From Verrucomicrobiota bacterium (GTDB lineage: Bacteria > Verrucomicrobiota > Kiritimatiellia > SS1-B-03-39 > UBA6053), in the NCBI GenBank assembly GCA_020831625.1, contig JAFIGD010000001.1, positions 139,296 to 203,295 on the forward strand: DNA of 64,000 nt, given 5' to 3'. Below, one piece after another: positions 55,850 through 64,000 of this stretch. The translations under genes were made by a program, and so were the position numbers. The notes below the pieces were generated by a model, which was not told where the DNA came from, ran no database searches, and saw only the letters and a list, made by a program, of their open reading frames with translations. Positions within the stretch are counted from its first letter, which is position 1, and each line of letters opens with the position of its first letter.

Positions 55850-57222
55850 TCCGCCACCCCCGTTTCGCGTCTGGAAAACAGACCGATCCCGATCAGCGAA
55901 ATCACCGCCAGTCCCGGCAACATGCGGAAGCCGGCCGTGCGCCCCACTTCACCGGCGGAAACCAGCACCCCGCGCGACACCCGGTCCAAAGGACGGTCCA
56001 CATCCAGCGGACGAATCAAGGCGTGCATCCCGCGATAAGCTACCATCGAGGCCCGGTCCACACTCTGCATCACCGCCCCGTACTCCCGGTTCGGATTCAG
56101 CGTCGTACCCTCCTCCAACACCCGCTCCAGGGTGCCCGAGAACGCCTGCAGCACCAGAATCATCGCGGTCGCATAACAGGCCACCGGCAGGGAAAACAGA
56201 CTTCCCGCACTCACGCCCAGCGCCGCCAGCAGCGCCAACAGCCCGGCCAGCAGCGCCAAAGCCCGGAATAGATTGGGGCCAAATCCCCCCGCGGCCCGGT
56301 ACAGCAGCACCCCGTCGCGGGTGCGGAAAAACACCGTCTGCGACTCTTCACTCAAATTGTGAAACGAAACCCGGAGCCGGTCCGCGCCGAGAAGGGCCTC
56401 GGTCACCGGCACATCCAGCACCGTTTCGCCGCTGGGGGTCTGGTCAATCCGCGCCGTGAACACCGCCATCTCCCCGTCGCCGACACGGATACGCCACTCG
56501 CCCGGAATGCGGCTCACCCCCATCGAGGCCCCGTCAAACGTGAACGACAATTGCAGCCGGTCCGTTTCCGTGAGCGGACGGCTGAGCGGAAAGTCCCAGT
56601 GAACCTCCTCATCCTGCTGCGCGGCGTAGCGAAAGGTCAGCGCAAGGTTCTGCAACTCGCGCAGCACATCTTCTTTCGGCGCTTCCGGGTGAATCCGGCC
56701 CAGGCGGATCTGCTCATCATACAGGGCCAGCGCCCGCACCGTCATATCCTCCTCCTTGGGACGCTCCGGACGGCGCGCGGTCAGCAGTGTGGCTTCAATC
56801 CGCGCCCGCTCCTCCGCGCTCACGCCCGGATCCCGCGCCCGCTGCATCACCCGCCAATACGTCACCCCGCCGCAAATCATCAACAACGAAACCGACAACG
56901 CGCTGACCGCCAGCCACTTGCCCCACCACAGCACCGCCCGCGACACCGGTTTGGTCAGCACCATCTGCAGCCGCTTGCTGCTCAAATCCCCGGCCACCGC
57001 CGCGCAGGACACCCACAGTGTCATCGCCGCCAGCAGCGCCACCGAAATTCCAGTGCTGTAGCGCACATGCATCCGCAGTTCGCCGGCCAGGGTGCCGTCG
57101 GCCCGCAGCCCCAGCGGCAGAAGCAGCAGCGTGCCGGCCACCAACACCAGCATCGACCACGCCACGCGCTCGCGCAGCGCCGCGCGCAGGGTCAGTTGAG
57201 CAATCGCGAACAGTTGTCTCAT
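55846..57222 (-). CDS. ABC-2 family permease with a large extracytoplasmic insert
   Basis: 458 aa. The N-terminal TM block has the ABC-2 motif GDLSSKRLQMVLTKPVSR. A loop of about 200 aa is followed by C-terminal TM helices. Its start overlaps the ABC ATPase stop. Confidence 0.6.
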   Translation of the reverse strand: MRQLFAIAQLTLRAALRERVAWSMLVLVAGTLLLLPLGLRADGTLAGELRMHVRYSTGISVALLAAMTLWVSCAAVAGDLSSKRLQMVLTKPVSRAVLWWGKWLAVSALSVSLLMICGGVTYWRVMQRARDPGVSAEERARIEATLLTARRPERPKEEDMTVRALALYDEQIRLGRIHPEAPKEDVLRELQNLALTFRYAAQQDEEVHWDFPLSRPLTETDRLQLSFTFDGASMGVSRIPGEWRIRVGDGEMAVFTARIDQTPSGETVLDVPVTEALLGADRLRVSFHNLSEESQTVFFRTRDGVLLYRAAGGFGPNLFRALALLAGLLALLAALGVSAGSLFSLPVACYATAMILVLQAFSGTLERVLEEGTTLNPNREYGAVMQSVDRASMVAYRGMHALIRPLDVDRPLDRVSRGVLVSAGEVGRTAGFRMLPGLAVISLIGIGLFSRRETGVAE

Positions 57223-58154
57223 GCGGCGTCTTCGTCCTTTGCGGTGAGAAACGCGGCCAGACGGCCCTCGGCGCGGGTGCCGCTCCCCTCCCCGCTTTCG
57301 CGGCGGGCCTGGGCGACCACTTCCAAAAAGAACGTCTCCAAATCGCGGCGGGTCGGTTCCAAATCGGGTCGCTGACCCAGAATGCCCTCCAGCGCGTCCA
57401 GCAGTTCGACGCGCTTGCTGTCGTCCAACTCCCCCAGCCGGATCTGCAAATGACCCGCCACCTGCAGCAGTTCACGGATCGGACCCGCAGCGCGGACTTT
57501 GCCGCCATACAAAATCGACACCCGGTCGCAGACATCCTCCACATCCGCGAGCAGATGCGAGGAGAGCAGCACCGTTTTCCCGCGTTCCGCCAGTGCGGTC
57601 ACAATATCCTTCACCTGCCGCGTGCCCAGAGGGTCCAGCCCCGAAGTCGGTTCGTCGAGAATCACCAGATCCGGATCATTGATCAGCGCCTGGGCCAGAC
57701 CGATCCGCCGCGCCATGCCTTTGGAAAACTCCCCCACCCGGCGGCGGCCCGTATGGGACAGCCCCACCATGTCCAGCAGTTCGTCGATCCGCCGCTCCCG
57801 CTCCGCCCCCGCCAGCCCGAACAGGGCCGCATAAAAGCGGAGCGTTTCCCGCGCATCCAGATACGGATACAAATACGACTCCTCCGGCAGATAGCCCACC
57901 CGCTTTTTCACATCCACATCCCGCGGCGGACGCCCCAGCACCTTCACCTCGCCCGCATCGGCGTGCAACAGACCCAACAGCACCTTGATGGTGGTGCTTT
58001 TCCCGGAGCCGTTCGGCCCCAGCAGCCCGAAAACCTCCCCCGGCCGCACGTCCAGGGAAATGCCGTCCACCGCCCGCGCCCGGGGACGCCGCCAGAAATC
58101 CCGGAAGATTTTGGTCAGTCCGTCAATGTGAATTACAGGCTCTTCGGATGTCAT
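57219..58154 (-). CDS. ABC transporter ATP-binding protein
   Basis: 311 aa. Walker A reads GLLGPNGSGKST, the signature reads FSKGMARRIGLAQAL, and Walker B reads LVILDEPTSGLD. Confidence 0.9.
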   Translation of the reverse strand: MTSEEPVIHIDGLTKIFRDFWRRPRARAVDGISLDVRPGEVFGLLGPNGSGKSTTIKVLLGLLHADAGEVKVLGRPPRDVDVKKRVGYLPEESYLYPYLDARETLRFYAALFGLAGAERERRIDELLDMVGLSHTGRRRVGEFSKGMARRIGLAQALINDPDLVILDEPTSGLDPLGTRQVKDIVTALAERGKTVLLSSHLLADVEDVCDRVSILYGGKVRAAGPIRELLQVAGHLQIRLGELDDSKRVELLDALEGILGQRPDLEPTRRDLETFFLEVVAQARRESGEGSGTRAEGRLAAFLTAKDEDAA

Positions 58155-59161
58155 CAGCGTACCTCCATGCGTTCAAAAGATCCCAGTGCCAGCAGCAGAA
58201 TGCCCAGCGACCACGCCCCGGCGTACACCGCCGCGTGACCCACATAATGCCAGGGCACCTGACCGCCGCCGGTCAGGGCGTCGGCCATCCAGAAATGCTG
58301 CCAGTTCGGCAAAAGAATATACAAGCCCCGCGCCCACAGCGCCGATGCCGCCCGTCCCGCCAGCAGATAATCGGACATCAGCCCCAGCAAAAACGCCCCG
58401 CCGCAAATCGACAGCGTCGGCACCACCGCCAGCCGCAGGGCGCAGAACAGGGCCAGCGCCTGCAGCATCAGCGCCGCGAACGTAAGCAGCAAACAGGCCG
58501 GCAGCAGCGCCCAGCGCACCGGCACCGCCTCTCCCGCCATCGGATCCACATGCGTATGATCGCCGTGATCAATCACTCCCGCGCCGGAGCCGCCGTCCAG
58601 CGACAGCGTCCACAAAAACGCCAGCAACAGCATCACCGCCATGCACCAGAACGCCGTGGAGGCGAACGGACGGCGGGTAAAGTAATTGATCACCCCCGCC
58701 AGCGCGTAGGCCGACAGCACCGCCAAAAACAGCGGCACCAGAAATTCCCAGCCCACCTGAAACTGCCGCGCCGCCGCGCGGTCCGCCAGCAGTATCGCCA
58801 GCGTGCACATCCCCGCGAACACCAGCATGATCACCGACACCCCCGCGTATTTCGCCGCCAGAAAGCGCGTCCGGCTGATCGGCTTGCTCAAAATCGCCCC
58901 CGCCGTGCCCCGGCGGATCTCCCGGCTCACCGCCCCGCAGGCCGCCGTGGCCGACAACAGCAGCGCCCCCAGAAACATCACCGCCATCGCGCTGTCCCGC
59001 ACCAGCTTTCCCGGTTCCCCCAGATTGTGCGTAATCAAAAAAGGCAGGCTCCCGATAAACAAAATCAGCGTAGTCACCAGCAGCAGCAGCGCCGGCTGAC
59101 GCGGGATCTCCACCACCGTCAGCCGGGCCAGCGGCCAAAAGGAGCCCTGCCGCTCACTCAT
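58154..59161 (-). CDS. ABC-2 family transporter permease
   Basis: 335 aa with 6 TM helices. It carries the ABC-2 motif SREIRRGTAGAILSKPISR. Confidence 0.7.
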   Translation of the reverse strand: MSERQGSFWPLARLTVVEIPRQPALLLLVTTLILFIGSLPFLITHNLGEPGKLVRDSAMAVMFLGALLLSATAACGAVSREIRRGTAGAILSKPISRTRFLAAKYAGVSVIMLVFAGMCTLAILLADRAAARQFQVGWEFLVPLFLAVLSAYALAGVINYFTRRPFASTAFWCMAVMLLLAFLWTLSLDGGSGAGVIDHGDHTHVDPMAGEAVPVRWALLPACLLLTFAALMLQALALFCALRLAVVPTLSICGGAFLLGLMSDYLLAGRAASALWARGLYILLPNWQHFWMADALTGGGQVPWHYVGHAAVYAGAWSLGILLLALGSFERMEVR

Positions 59162-60042
59162 CGACCGGCCCTCCGCTGTTTCGACGCCTCCTCCAGCGCC
59201 TTCCGTTCCCGGTCCGTCAAACTGTGCAGCCCCTGCTCCGCCACCTTGTCGAGCAGCGCGTCAACGTGCAGCGCCTGATCCTGCGAGCGCTTCCGCTTGT
59301 ACGCGTTCACTTTCTCCTTCACATGCCAGCGCAAAAAGCCGGGCACCCGGCCGGGATTCGCGTGAAAATACCACACCCCCGCCGCCGAAAGCCCCAGAAC
59401 CGTCACCAGCAGAACCGGCTGACTCTGCACCAGCGCCGGCCGGCTCATCCACGACACCATCACGCCCGAAATCAGCCCGCCCAAATGCCCCTCGTGGCTG
59501 ATCCCCCCGGAAGGACTGTGTACCCCTTTAAGGGTATACAGTAGAAAGCCCATCGCATAAAACCAGGCCGGAATCGGAATCGGCAGCGGAAACAGCATGA
59601 TCGACATCCCCGGCATCAGAAACACACAGGCGAACAAGACCCCCAGCGCCCCGCCCGACGCGCCCAGCGCCTGATACTCCTCCTTCCGGTGCAGCAGCAG
59701 ACACAGCCCTGACCCTCCGATCACCGACAGAAAAAATACCCCCAGCAGCATATCCGGACCGAACGCCCGCTCCAGGCCCCGCCCGAAAAAGAACAGCGTG
59801 ACCGCATTGCTCGCGAAATGCCCCCAGTTCGCGTGCAGAAAGGCCGGACTCACCAGCCGCACCCACTGACGCCGCAGGCGGATCGCCTCGCTGCTGAAGC
59901 GGTACTTGGCCATAACCCCATAGCGGGTCAGCCCCTGATGGGTGGTCAACCCCAGGACAATCAACAAAAGAAGAGTGATATGATCCGATTGCATAGACGA
60001 TGCCCGCATACATACGCCTCCAGCGCATTCCGTCAACGCCAA
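59158..60042 (-). CDS. Rhomboid family intramembrane serine protease
   Basis: It reads HANWGHFASNAVTLFFFGRGLE, has the GxSG motif GASGGALGV and the catalytic His helix HLGGLISG. The start codon choice is uncertain (several candidates). Confidence 0.8.
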   Translation of the reverse strand: MALTECAGGVCMRASSMQSDHITLLLLIVLGLTTHQGLTRYGVMAKYRFSSEAIRLRRQWVRLVSPAFLHANWGHFASNAVTLFFFGRGLERAFGPDMLLGVFFLSVIGGSGLCLLLHRKEEYQALGASGGALGVLFACVFLMPGMSIMLFPLPIPIPAWFYAMGFLLYTLKGVHSPSGGISHEGHLGGLISGVMVSWMSRPALVQSQPVLLVTVLGLSAAGVWYFHANPGRVPGFLRWHVKEKVNAYKRKRSQDQALHVDALLDKVAEQGLHSLTDRERKALEEASKQRRAGR

Positions 60043-60074
60043 GCCGACAGAGATTCAGGAAATTGAATTGTTCA

Positions 60075-60103
60075 TTGCCTTTTTTACGGAAATACCGTAT
60101 ATA
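60075..60103 (+). promoter_or_regulatory. Candidate sigma70-type promoter for vapBC
   Basis: TTGCCT (60075-60080), a 17-bp spacer, then TATATA (60098-60103). The vapB ATG is at 60111, so the mRNA would be nearly leaderless. Confidence 0.35.
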
Positions 60104-60110
60104 AGGTAAA

Positions 60111-60359
60111 ATGAAAACAACGCTGATTTTAGACGATACCTTGGTTCGAAAAGCGAAATCGAAAGCCGCCTTGCAGGGATGCTCCTTGAGCCGGTATATG
60201 GAAGCTTGTCTCAAAAAAAGTTTACAGGAACCCGATCCTCAATGCGTTGGCGACTGGCTTCACTTACTCCCCGACACGCCGGCCTCCGCCCGGAATGAAG
60301 TCGAAAAACAGATTCAGTCCGGGGGATTTGACGACATTGAACCGGAAATGTGGTTATGA
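60111..60359 (+). CDS. vapB: Type II antitoxin, VapB-like (ribbon-helix-helix/CopG type)
   Basis: 82 aa (MKTTLILDDTLVRKAKSKAALQGCSLSRYMEACL). It overlaps the PIN toxin gene by 10 nt. Confidence 0.75.
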   Translation: MKTTLILDDTLVRKAKSKAALQGCSLSRYMEACLKKSLQEPDPQCVGDWLHLLPDTPASARNEVEKQIQSGGFDDIEPEMWL

Positions 60360-60733
60360 TCCTGGATACCAACGCCATCTCCGCGTTACAGGGAAACGAT
60401 AAAAAGCTCATCGCCAAGCTATGCAGTCAGGTTGACCTGATGCTTAACCTCATCTCTCTGGGAGAATACCGGTACGGCATAGACGGATCCCGGCACCGGG
60501 ACGAACTTTCCGCATGGCTGGACGCCTTGACCCGACGCGCAAAGGTGCTGACTCCGGACCTGAAAACCCTGCCGTTTTACAGTCAAATTCGCCATGAACT
60601 AAAAACCGCAGGCACACCGATTCCCGCGAATGATGTATGGATTGCCGCAATCTGTCGGCAGCATAAACTCCCGATCCTCAGCCGTGATGCACATTTTGAT
60701 AAAATTAAAGGATTAAAACGGATCACGTGGTGA
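60350..60733 (+). CDS. vapC: PIN-domain toxin VapC
   Basis: 127 aa. It reads MILDTNAISAL... and has conserved acidic residues (D at about 5, E at about 40, D at about 95), typical of VapC. Confidence 0.75.
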   Translation: MVMILDTNAISALQGNDKKLIAKLCSQVDLMLNLISLGEYRYGIDGSRHRDELSAWLDALTRRAKVLTPDLKTLPFYSQIRHELKTAGTPIPANDVWIAAICRQHKLPILSRDAHFDKIKGLKRITW

Positions 60734-60744
60734 TTTAGGGAATG

Positions 60745-60907
60745 ACCTGAATCCGTGAGATATTTGCTAAGAAGGTGTGCAAGATCATGAAGCGAAAGGA
60801 TTTGTCGGAAACCGAGGCATACCCTTGCGGTCTGTAGAGCGTTTCCGACAATTTCTTGCAGCTCATGAGATTGTGCAGATTCAACGCAAAGATCTCACGG
60901 ATTCAGG
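60745..60907. repeat. Approximately 160-bp imperfect long palindrome (arms of about 80 bp with perfect 16-bp termini) just downstream of vapC
   Basis: The termini cctgaatccgtgagat (60747-60762) and atctcacggattcagg (60890-60905) are exact reverse complements. Internal blocks agatcatga/tcatgagat and attgtcggaaac/gtttccgacaat are also mirrored. Confidence 0.8.
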
Positions 60908-61082
60908 AATGAGACAACCAAAATCGTGCGTGTTAAAAAAACCGAATCAGCCGAACTTGCAGAGGCTCCAGGGTCACTTCGCCCTCGCAGTGTCCTCCGT
61001 TCAGCAGATCCTCCCCGCCGAAGGGCAGATGGAGGGTGGCGGGTTCTTTCCGGCTGTTGACCAGTCCCAGTTGTCCTTAGCT

Positions 61083-62261
61083 TCAGCGGCCTGAGCGGCG
61101 GCCGAAACTGATGAGCAGGCTTTCCTCGGCATCGGGCAGCCAGGCTTCGCCCTCCAGATCGGCGATGGCCATTTCTCCGATGTAGTCAATGCCGGGTCGC
61201 TCGCCGGTGACTTTCCACGGAAAAGGTCCGTTGCTTTGGGCCATGTCGGGAAAATGATTTTCGTCGAGGGTAACCGCAAACGGACTGGTGACGGTCGTGA
61301 CCAGATTTGTATTGGCGAAAATTTGCACCGTGGCTTCGGGATGTGCGGTGCCCTGTATGGTGAACTGCCGGAGGTTTTCGCGGAAGGTGGAGGCTCCGGA
61401 TTTATTGGGGTCGAAGTTGGCGGCGAGCACCTCCCCGTTGAGTTTCTCCTGGGTCAGTTCGCCCCGGTCGGTGAAGACGTACTCGCGATCTTCCCCGGTC
61501 CGCTGGGCACGGGCCAGGGAACCGTTGTCCGCGTAGGTGTAGGTGGTGTCGATGCCTTGACGGGTCAGAACATGTACACGCCCGAACGCGTCGGGAGTCC
61601 AGCTCTGGTCAAACTCGGACTTGCCGGTGCTGATGCCCTCGAATCGTCCGCCATTCCCGCGCTGGCGGGACCAGGTGAAAGTGGGTTGGTTGTCGACACG
61701 GTACTCGACCGTGTCGGCCACCCCGCCGTCACCGGAATAGTTGATTTCCACGGTAGGCAAGCCGGGAGCGCTGACCGTCAGTTTCCGCAGGCTTTCGCTT
61801 TCGTGGCGGTAAGTTGGAACAGCGCTGTAGCGGGGGATTCCCTCCTGCTTGATCTCCAAAAGCGACGCCCGCCCGCGCGAATCCGCGTTACGGACGAGTA
61901 GAAAACTCCCGGAGGTTTCATTGAAGTGACCCGGGTTCTTTTCCCACACGCGGCCCGGCGGTGAGGGGTGGGAATTTGGGTTTTCCGATAGTCGGAAAAA
62001 TGCGAAGTCTGAATTCCGACCGTCGGAAAGTTGAGGCGAAAAGGATTCTTGCCTTGTTGTGTGGGCGAAACAAGGCAGAACGATGGCTGTTAGCCAGAAA
62101 AAATAATATGTTAATATATTTTTCAATACTTTCGAGTAGTGCTGAGAAGGCATCTTCAACAGGACAGTGAGGAACAATTGGCCTGGCGCATGTGGGCTAA
62201 GAGTTTTAGGTTTAGAGACATTGTTAAAAAATAGTGCTATTGGAAAAGAATTGGCTTGCAA
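61083..62261 (-). CDS. YD-repeat (RHS-like) protein, probably a fragment; the true start is uncertain
   Basis: The C-terminal half contains YD-type repeats (TTYTYADNGSLARAQRTGEDREYVFTDRGELTQ). The 5' part of the ORF-track model contains the Y-family palindromic repeat (61985-62035), so translation more likely begins downstream, for example at the GTG at 61949. Confidence 0.4.
   Translation of the reverse strand: MQANSFPIALFFNNVSKPKTLSPHAPGQLFLTVLLKMPSQHYSKVLKNILTYYFFWLTAIVLPCFAHTTRQESFSPQLSDGRNSDFAFFRLSENPNSHPSPPGRVWEKNPGHFNETSGSFLLVRNADSRGRASLLEIKQEGIPRYSAVPTYRHESESLRKLTVSAPGLPTVEINYSGDGGVADTVEYRVDNQPTFTWSRQRGNGGRFEGISTGKSEFDQSWTPDAFGRVHVLTRQGIDTTYTYADNGSLARAQRTGEDREYVFTDRGELTQEKLNGEVLAANFDPNKSGASTFRENLRQFTIQGTAHPEATVQIFANTNLVTTVTSPFAVTLDENHFPDMAQSNGPFPWKVTGERPGIDYIGEMAIADLEGEAWLPDAEESLLISFGRRSGR
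61985..62035. repeat. Y-family palindromic hairpin element (third copy)
   Basis: tttccgatagtcggaaaaa...ttccgaccgtcggaaag. This is the same TTCCGAnnnTCGGAA palindrome pair as at 39098-39148 and 46662-46710. Confidence 0.6.
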
Positions 62262-62650
62262 CTTTGTTGTGAAAGCTGCGTTAATCCAATGAGACGTTCA
62301 GTGAGCGGTTCCCCATCGATGTCAAAAAAACATTCATCCATATTTTCAGGATTTATTCCAAATGAATTAGACACCTCAATTTGCCATTCACTGTTAAAAG
62401 CTACCGCTGGAATTTTTTTCATCTCGTCTTGTATGATTTTCAACTCTTTCTCAAGGAGGCTACTCTCTTCTATTGACCATTCGCCATCACAATCTGAATG
62501 TAATACTAAAACAGGAAATCTGCCCCCTGCCTTTCCATGCTCCAAATTATTTACAATTTGATCGCGAAAGTAATTAAAGTCAGCATAACTTCCAACTTCG
62601 ACGCCATCCAGCTCTTCGTCCTCATCAAAAATTGACAGATAAAGTCCCAT
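62237..62650 (-). CDS. Low-GC small protein, candidate second immunity/accessory protein of the RHS cassette
   Basis: 137 aa, with an ATG 3 nt after the previous gene. It is AT-rich relative to the genome. No motif was recognised. Confidence 0.4.
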   Translation of the reverse strand: MGLYLSIFDEDEELDGVEVGSYADFNYFRDQIVNNLEHGKAGGRFPVLVLHSDCDGEWSIEESSLLEKELKIIQDEMKKIPAVAFNSEWQIEVSNSFGINPENMDECFFDIDGEPLTERLIGLTQLSQQSCKPILFQ

Positions 62651-62653
62651 GCC

Positions 62654-62914
62654 TTAACTCCTTTCAATTTTAATCAATGAGCCGTGCTCACGTCGAAGAG
62701 CACGTAAACTCGAATGTATTTTGGTTTGTTTTGGTATACGGAGCACAAGTTTTTTTCCTTCAACACCTGCCCTATAGACAAGTAATCGTATCTGATATGT
62801 TGCTCGTAACTCGCTGACATTTTTTATCAGATAAAATTTATCGTAGCTTTCTGCATCTGGTTTTGCACCTCGAGCAACCTGGTGTTTCGTCTGCTTGAAA
62901 TCAAATGTATTCAT
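62654..62914 (-). CDS. Low-GC small protein, candidate RHS-toxin immunity protein
   Basis: The ATG at 62914 overlaps the RHS stop (ATGA at 62911-62914). It is 86 aa from that start. The ORF track extends to 62950. Confidence 0.45.
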   Translation of the reverse strand: MNTFDFKQTKHQVARGAKPDAESYDKFYLIKNVSELRATYQIRLLVYRAGVEGKKLVLRIPKQTKIHSSLRALRREHGSLIKIERS

Positions 62915-64000
62915 GGTGATGTCGTAGTTCCTCCCCAACGTAAAAACCAATCAGCAAATGTCGGGTTTACAGGTCGTGTTGTTTGAATTGTGATACCCTG
63001 GCCTGACTTCAGTGCATGGTACATCTGCAGACGTAGCTGGTAAGAAGAGTGTAAGGGACTTGATCCACCTTTAATTTCTAAAAAACCACCTTGGACACTG
63101 TCAAATATAATTCCCCTAGGAAGGCCGCCTTGTGTAAACTTTGGAGGCCCAACAATAATTTTAAATGCGGCACTCTCCATGTCCACTTGAGAAGGCCGCC
63201 AAACACTGGTGTTTTTCAGCAATCCAAGTTGTGCAAGTTGCTGACTCTCGTGTATTTGTCCTGCCCGTAAGTGGGAAGGTGACTGACTATTTTGCGGTAA
63301 AGAATATGGTGCCTGAACGACAAGGGGAACGGAAAAATCATAAGTAATTCTTTGCCCGACTTGGTCACTTACGATTCTGCTCCCACCTACCAGAAGTGCC
63401 GCAGCACCCGTATTTCCGATGGGTTCGATCCATTCGGTGATTCCCAAATATGAAGGATCTCTTGAGTCCACACCCATCAAATGCTGGAAACCGCCACCGC
63501 TGCCATGGGTGTTCATCATGGGATTTCCGAAAGAGGTTGCGACCGCAACAGAGGAAATCGTCGTATCCAAGATTCCTGCCACAGTTGCCTTTCCGCCTCC
63601 ACTCGCTTCAACCGGAGTCAGCAGAAAATGGAAAAACAAATCTTTCCGTAGAGACGGACTTCCCTCCCTCATTTGTCTGGAGAGGTCTTTGGGAATATTC
63701 GCCATCGCGGAAACAACTGCCGAATACTGTGCTCTGTAGTTCTTTCCGTCATAGGAGAAATCCAAGTATCGAGGCTGACTCTGCCCCACGGATCCATTGC
63801 TGCTGAAATACGTTTGGGCAGGACCCGTCACCACATTTCCAAGCGAAATATTCCCTTCATATTTCGGCCAGAACCACCCGCTGTTGTATGCCATCACCAA
63901 AGAGCCATCAGGTTGGACAGCGGAGACCCATTGTAATCCGAGAACGTCCACAAAATTCACCGGATCGTTCATGCAAAACGCGTACAGGTTCGGCGATTCG
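62911..64000 (-). CDS. RHS/YD-repeat polymorphic toxin, C-terminal part (conserved YxYxxNDPVNxxDxxGL junction plus a C-terminal variable toxin domain of about 340 aa); the 5' end lies beyond the window
   Basis: The minus-strand frame is open to position 64000 and reads ...ESPNLYAFCMNDPVNFVDVLGL, which is the RHS core/toxin boundary motif. The downstream domain is low-GC with no recognised motif. Confidence 0.7.
   Translation of the reverse strand, partial: ESPNLYAFCMNDPVNFVDVLGLQWVSAVQPDGSLVMAYNSGWFWPKYEGNISLGNVVTGPAQTYFSSNGSVGQSQPRYLDFSYDGKNYRAQYSAVVSAMANIPKDLSRQMREGSPSLRKDLFFHFLLTPVEASGGGKATVAGILDTTISSVAVATSFGNPMMNTHGSGGGFQHLMGVDSRDPSYLGITEWIEPIGNTGAAALLVGGSRIVSDQVGQRITYDFSVPLVVQAPYSLPQNSQSPSHLRAGQIHESQQLAQLGLLKNTSVWRPSQVDMESAAFKIIVGPPKFTQGGLPRGIIFDSVQGGFLEIKGGSSPLHSSYQLRLQMYHALKSGQGITIQTTRPVNPTFADWFLRWGGTTTSP

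Overview
High-GC bacterial chromosomal segment (about 60-65% G+C by eye). It is gene-dense, with most genes on the minus strand. Codon third positions are strongly strand-specific: NNC on plus-strand genes and NNG on minus-strand genes, so the given strand is C-rich. The gene content (gatCAB, bactofilins, BatA/MoxR/DUF58/DUF4159, HEAT-repeat giant proteins, PspA/flotillin) would fit a PVC-type (Verrucomicrobia/Planctomycetes-like) organism, but that is only a guess. Contents, in order: (1) a partial GspE/PilB-family ATPase and the gatCAB operon. (2) A plus-strand envelope operon of two bactofilins, a MurC/Mpl-family ligase and a DUF2298 membrane protein. It carries two potentially hypermutable in-frame tracts: a 28-nt poly-C run and 18 copies of a heptanucleotide repeat. 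(3) An ~18.4-kb translationally coupled minus-strand operon: secreted protein, MoxR, DUF58, two BatA-like vWA proteins, a TM protein, DUF4159, a giant thioredoxin/HEAT protein and a second secreted protein. (4) A GH26-like hydrolase and an ABC exporter. (5) A mosaic defence island. It holds a Type III R-M system whose mod gene carries a low-GC recognition-domain cassette, with a Schlafen-like COG2865 gene inserted between mod and res. It also holds a low-GC two-gene cassette with an operator-like inverted-repeat array, flanked by a ~190-bp direct duplication of the mod promoter and 5' end. Finally, it holds a second COG2865 paralog directly followed by a 1732-aa protein with a C-terminal AAA+ domain and a small overlapping ORF. 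This last cluster is the best candidate for an undescribed system. (6) A CII-like regulator with two PspA genes, an NfeD-like gene and a flotillin gene. (7) A Gfo/Idh/MocA oxidoreductase, ctaA, an ABC-2 transporter, a rhomboid protease, vapBC, and an RHS toxin C-terminus with immunity candidates. (8) Several families of non-coding repeats, including a ~700-bp degenerate tandem array built around ATCAGTG heptamers. All assignments come from motif recognition by eye; no searches were run.
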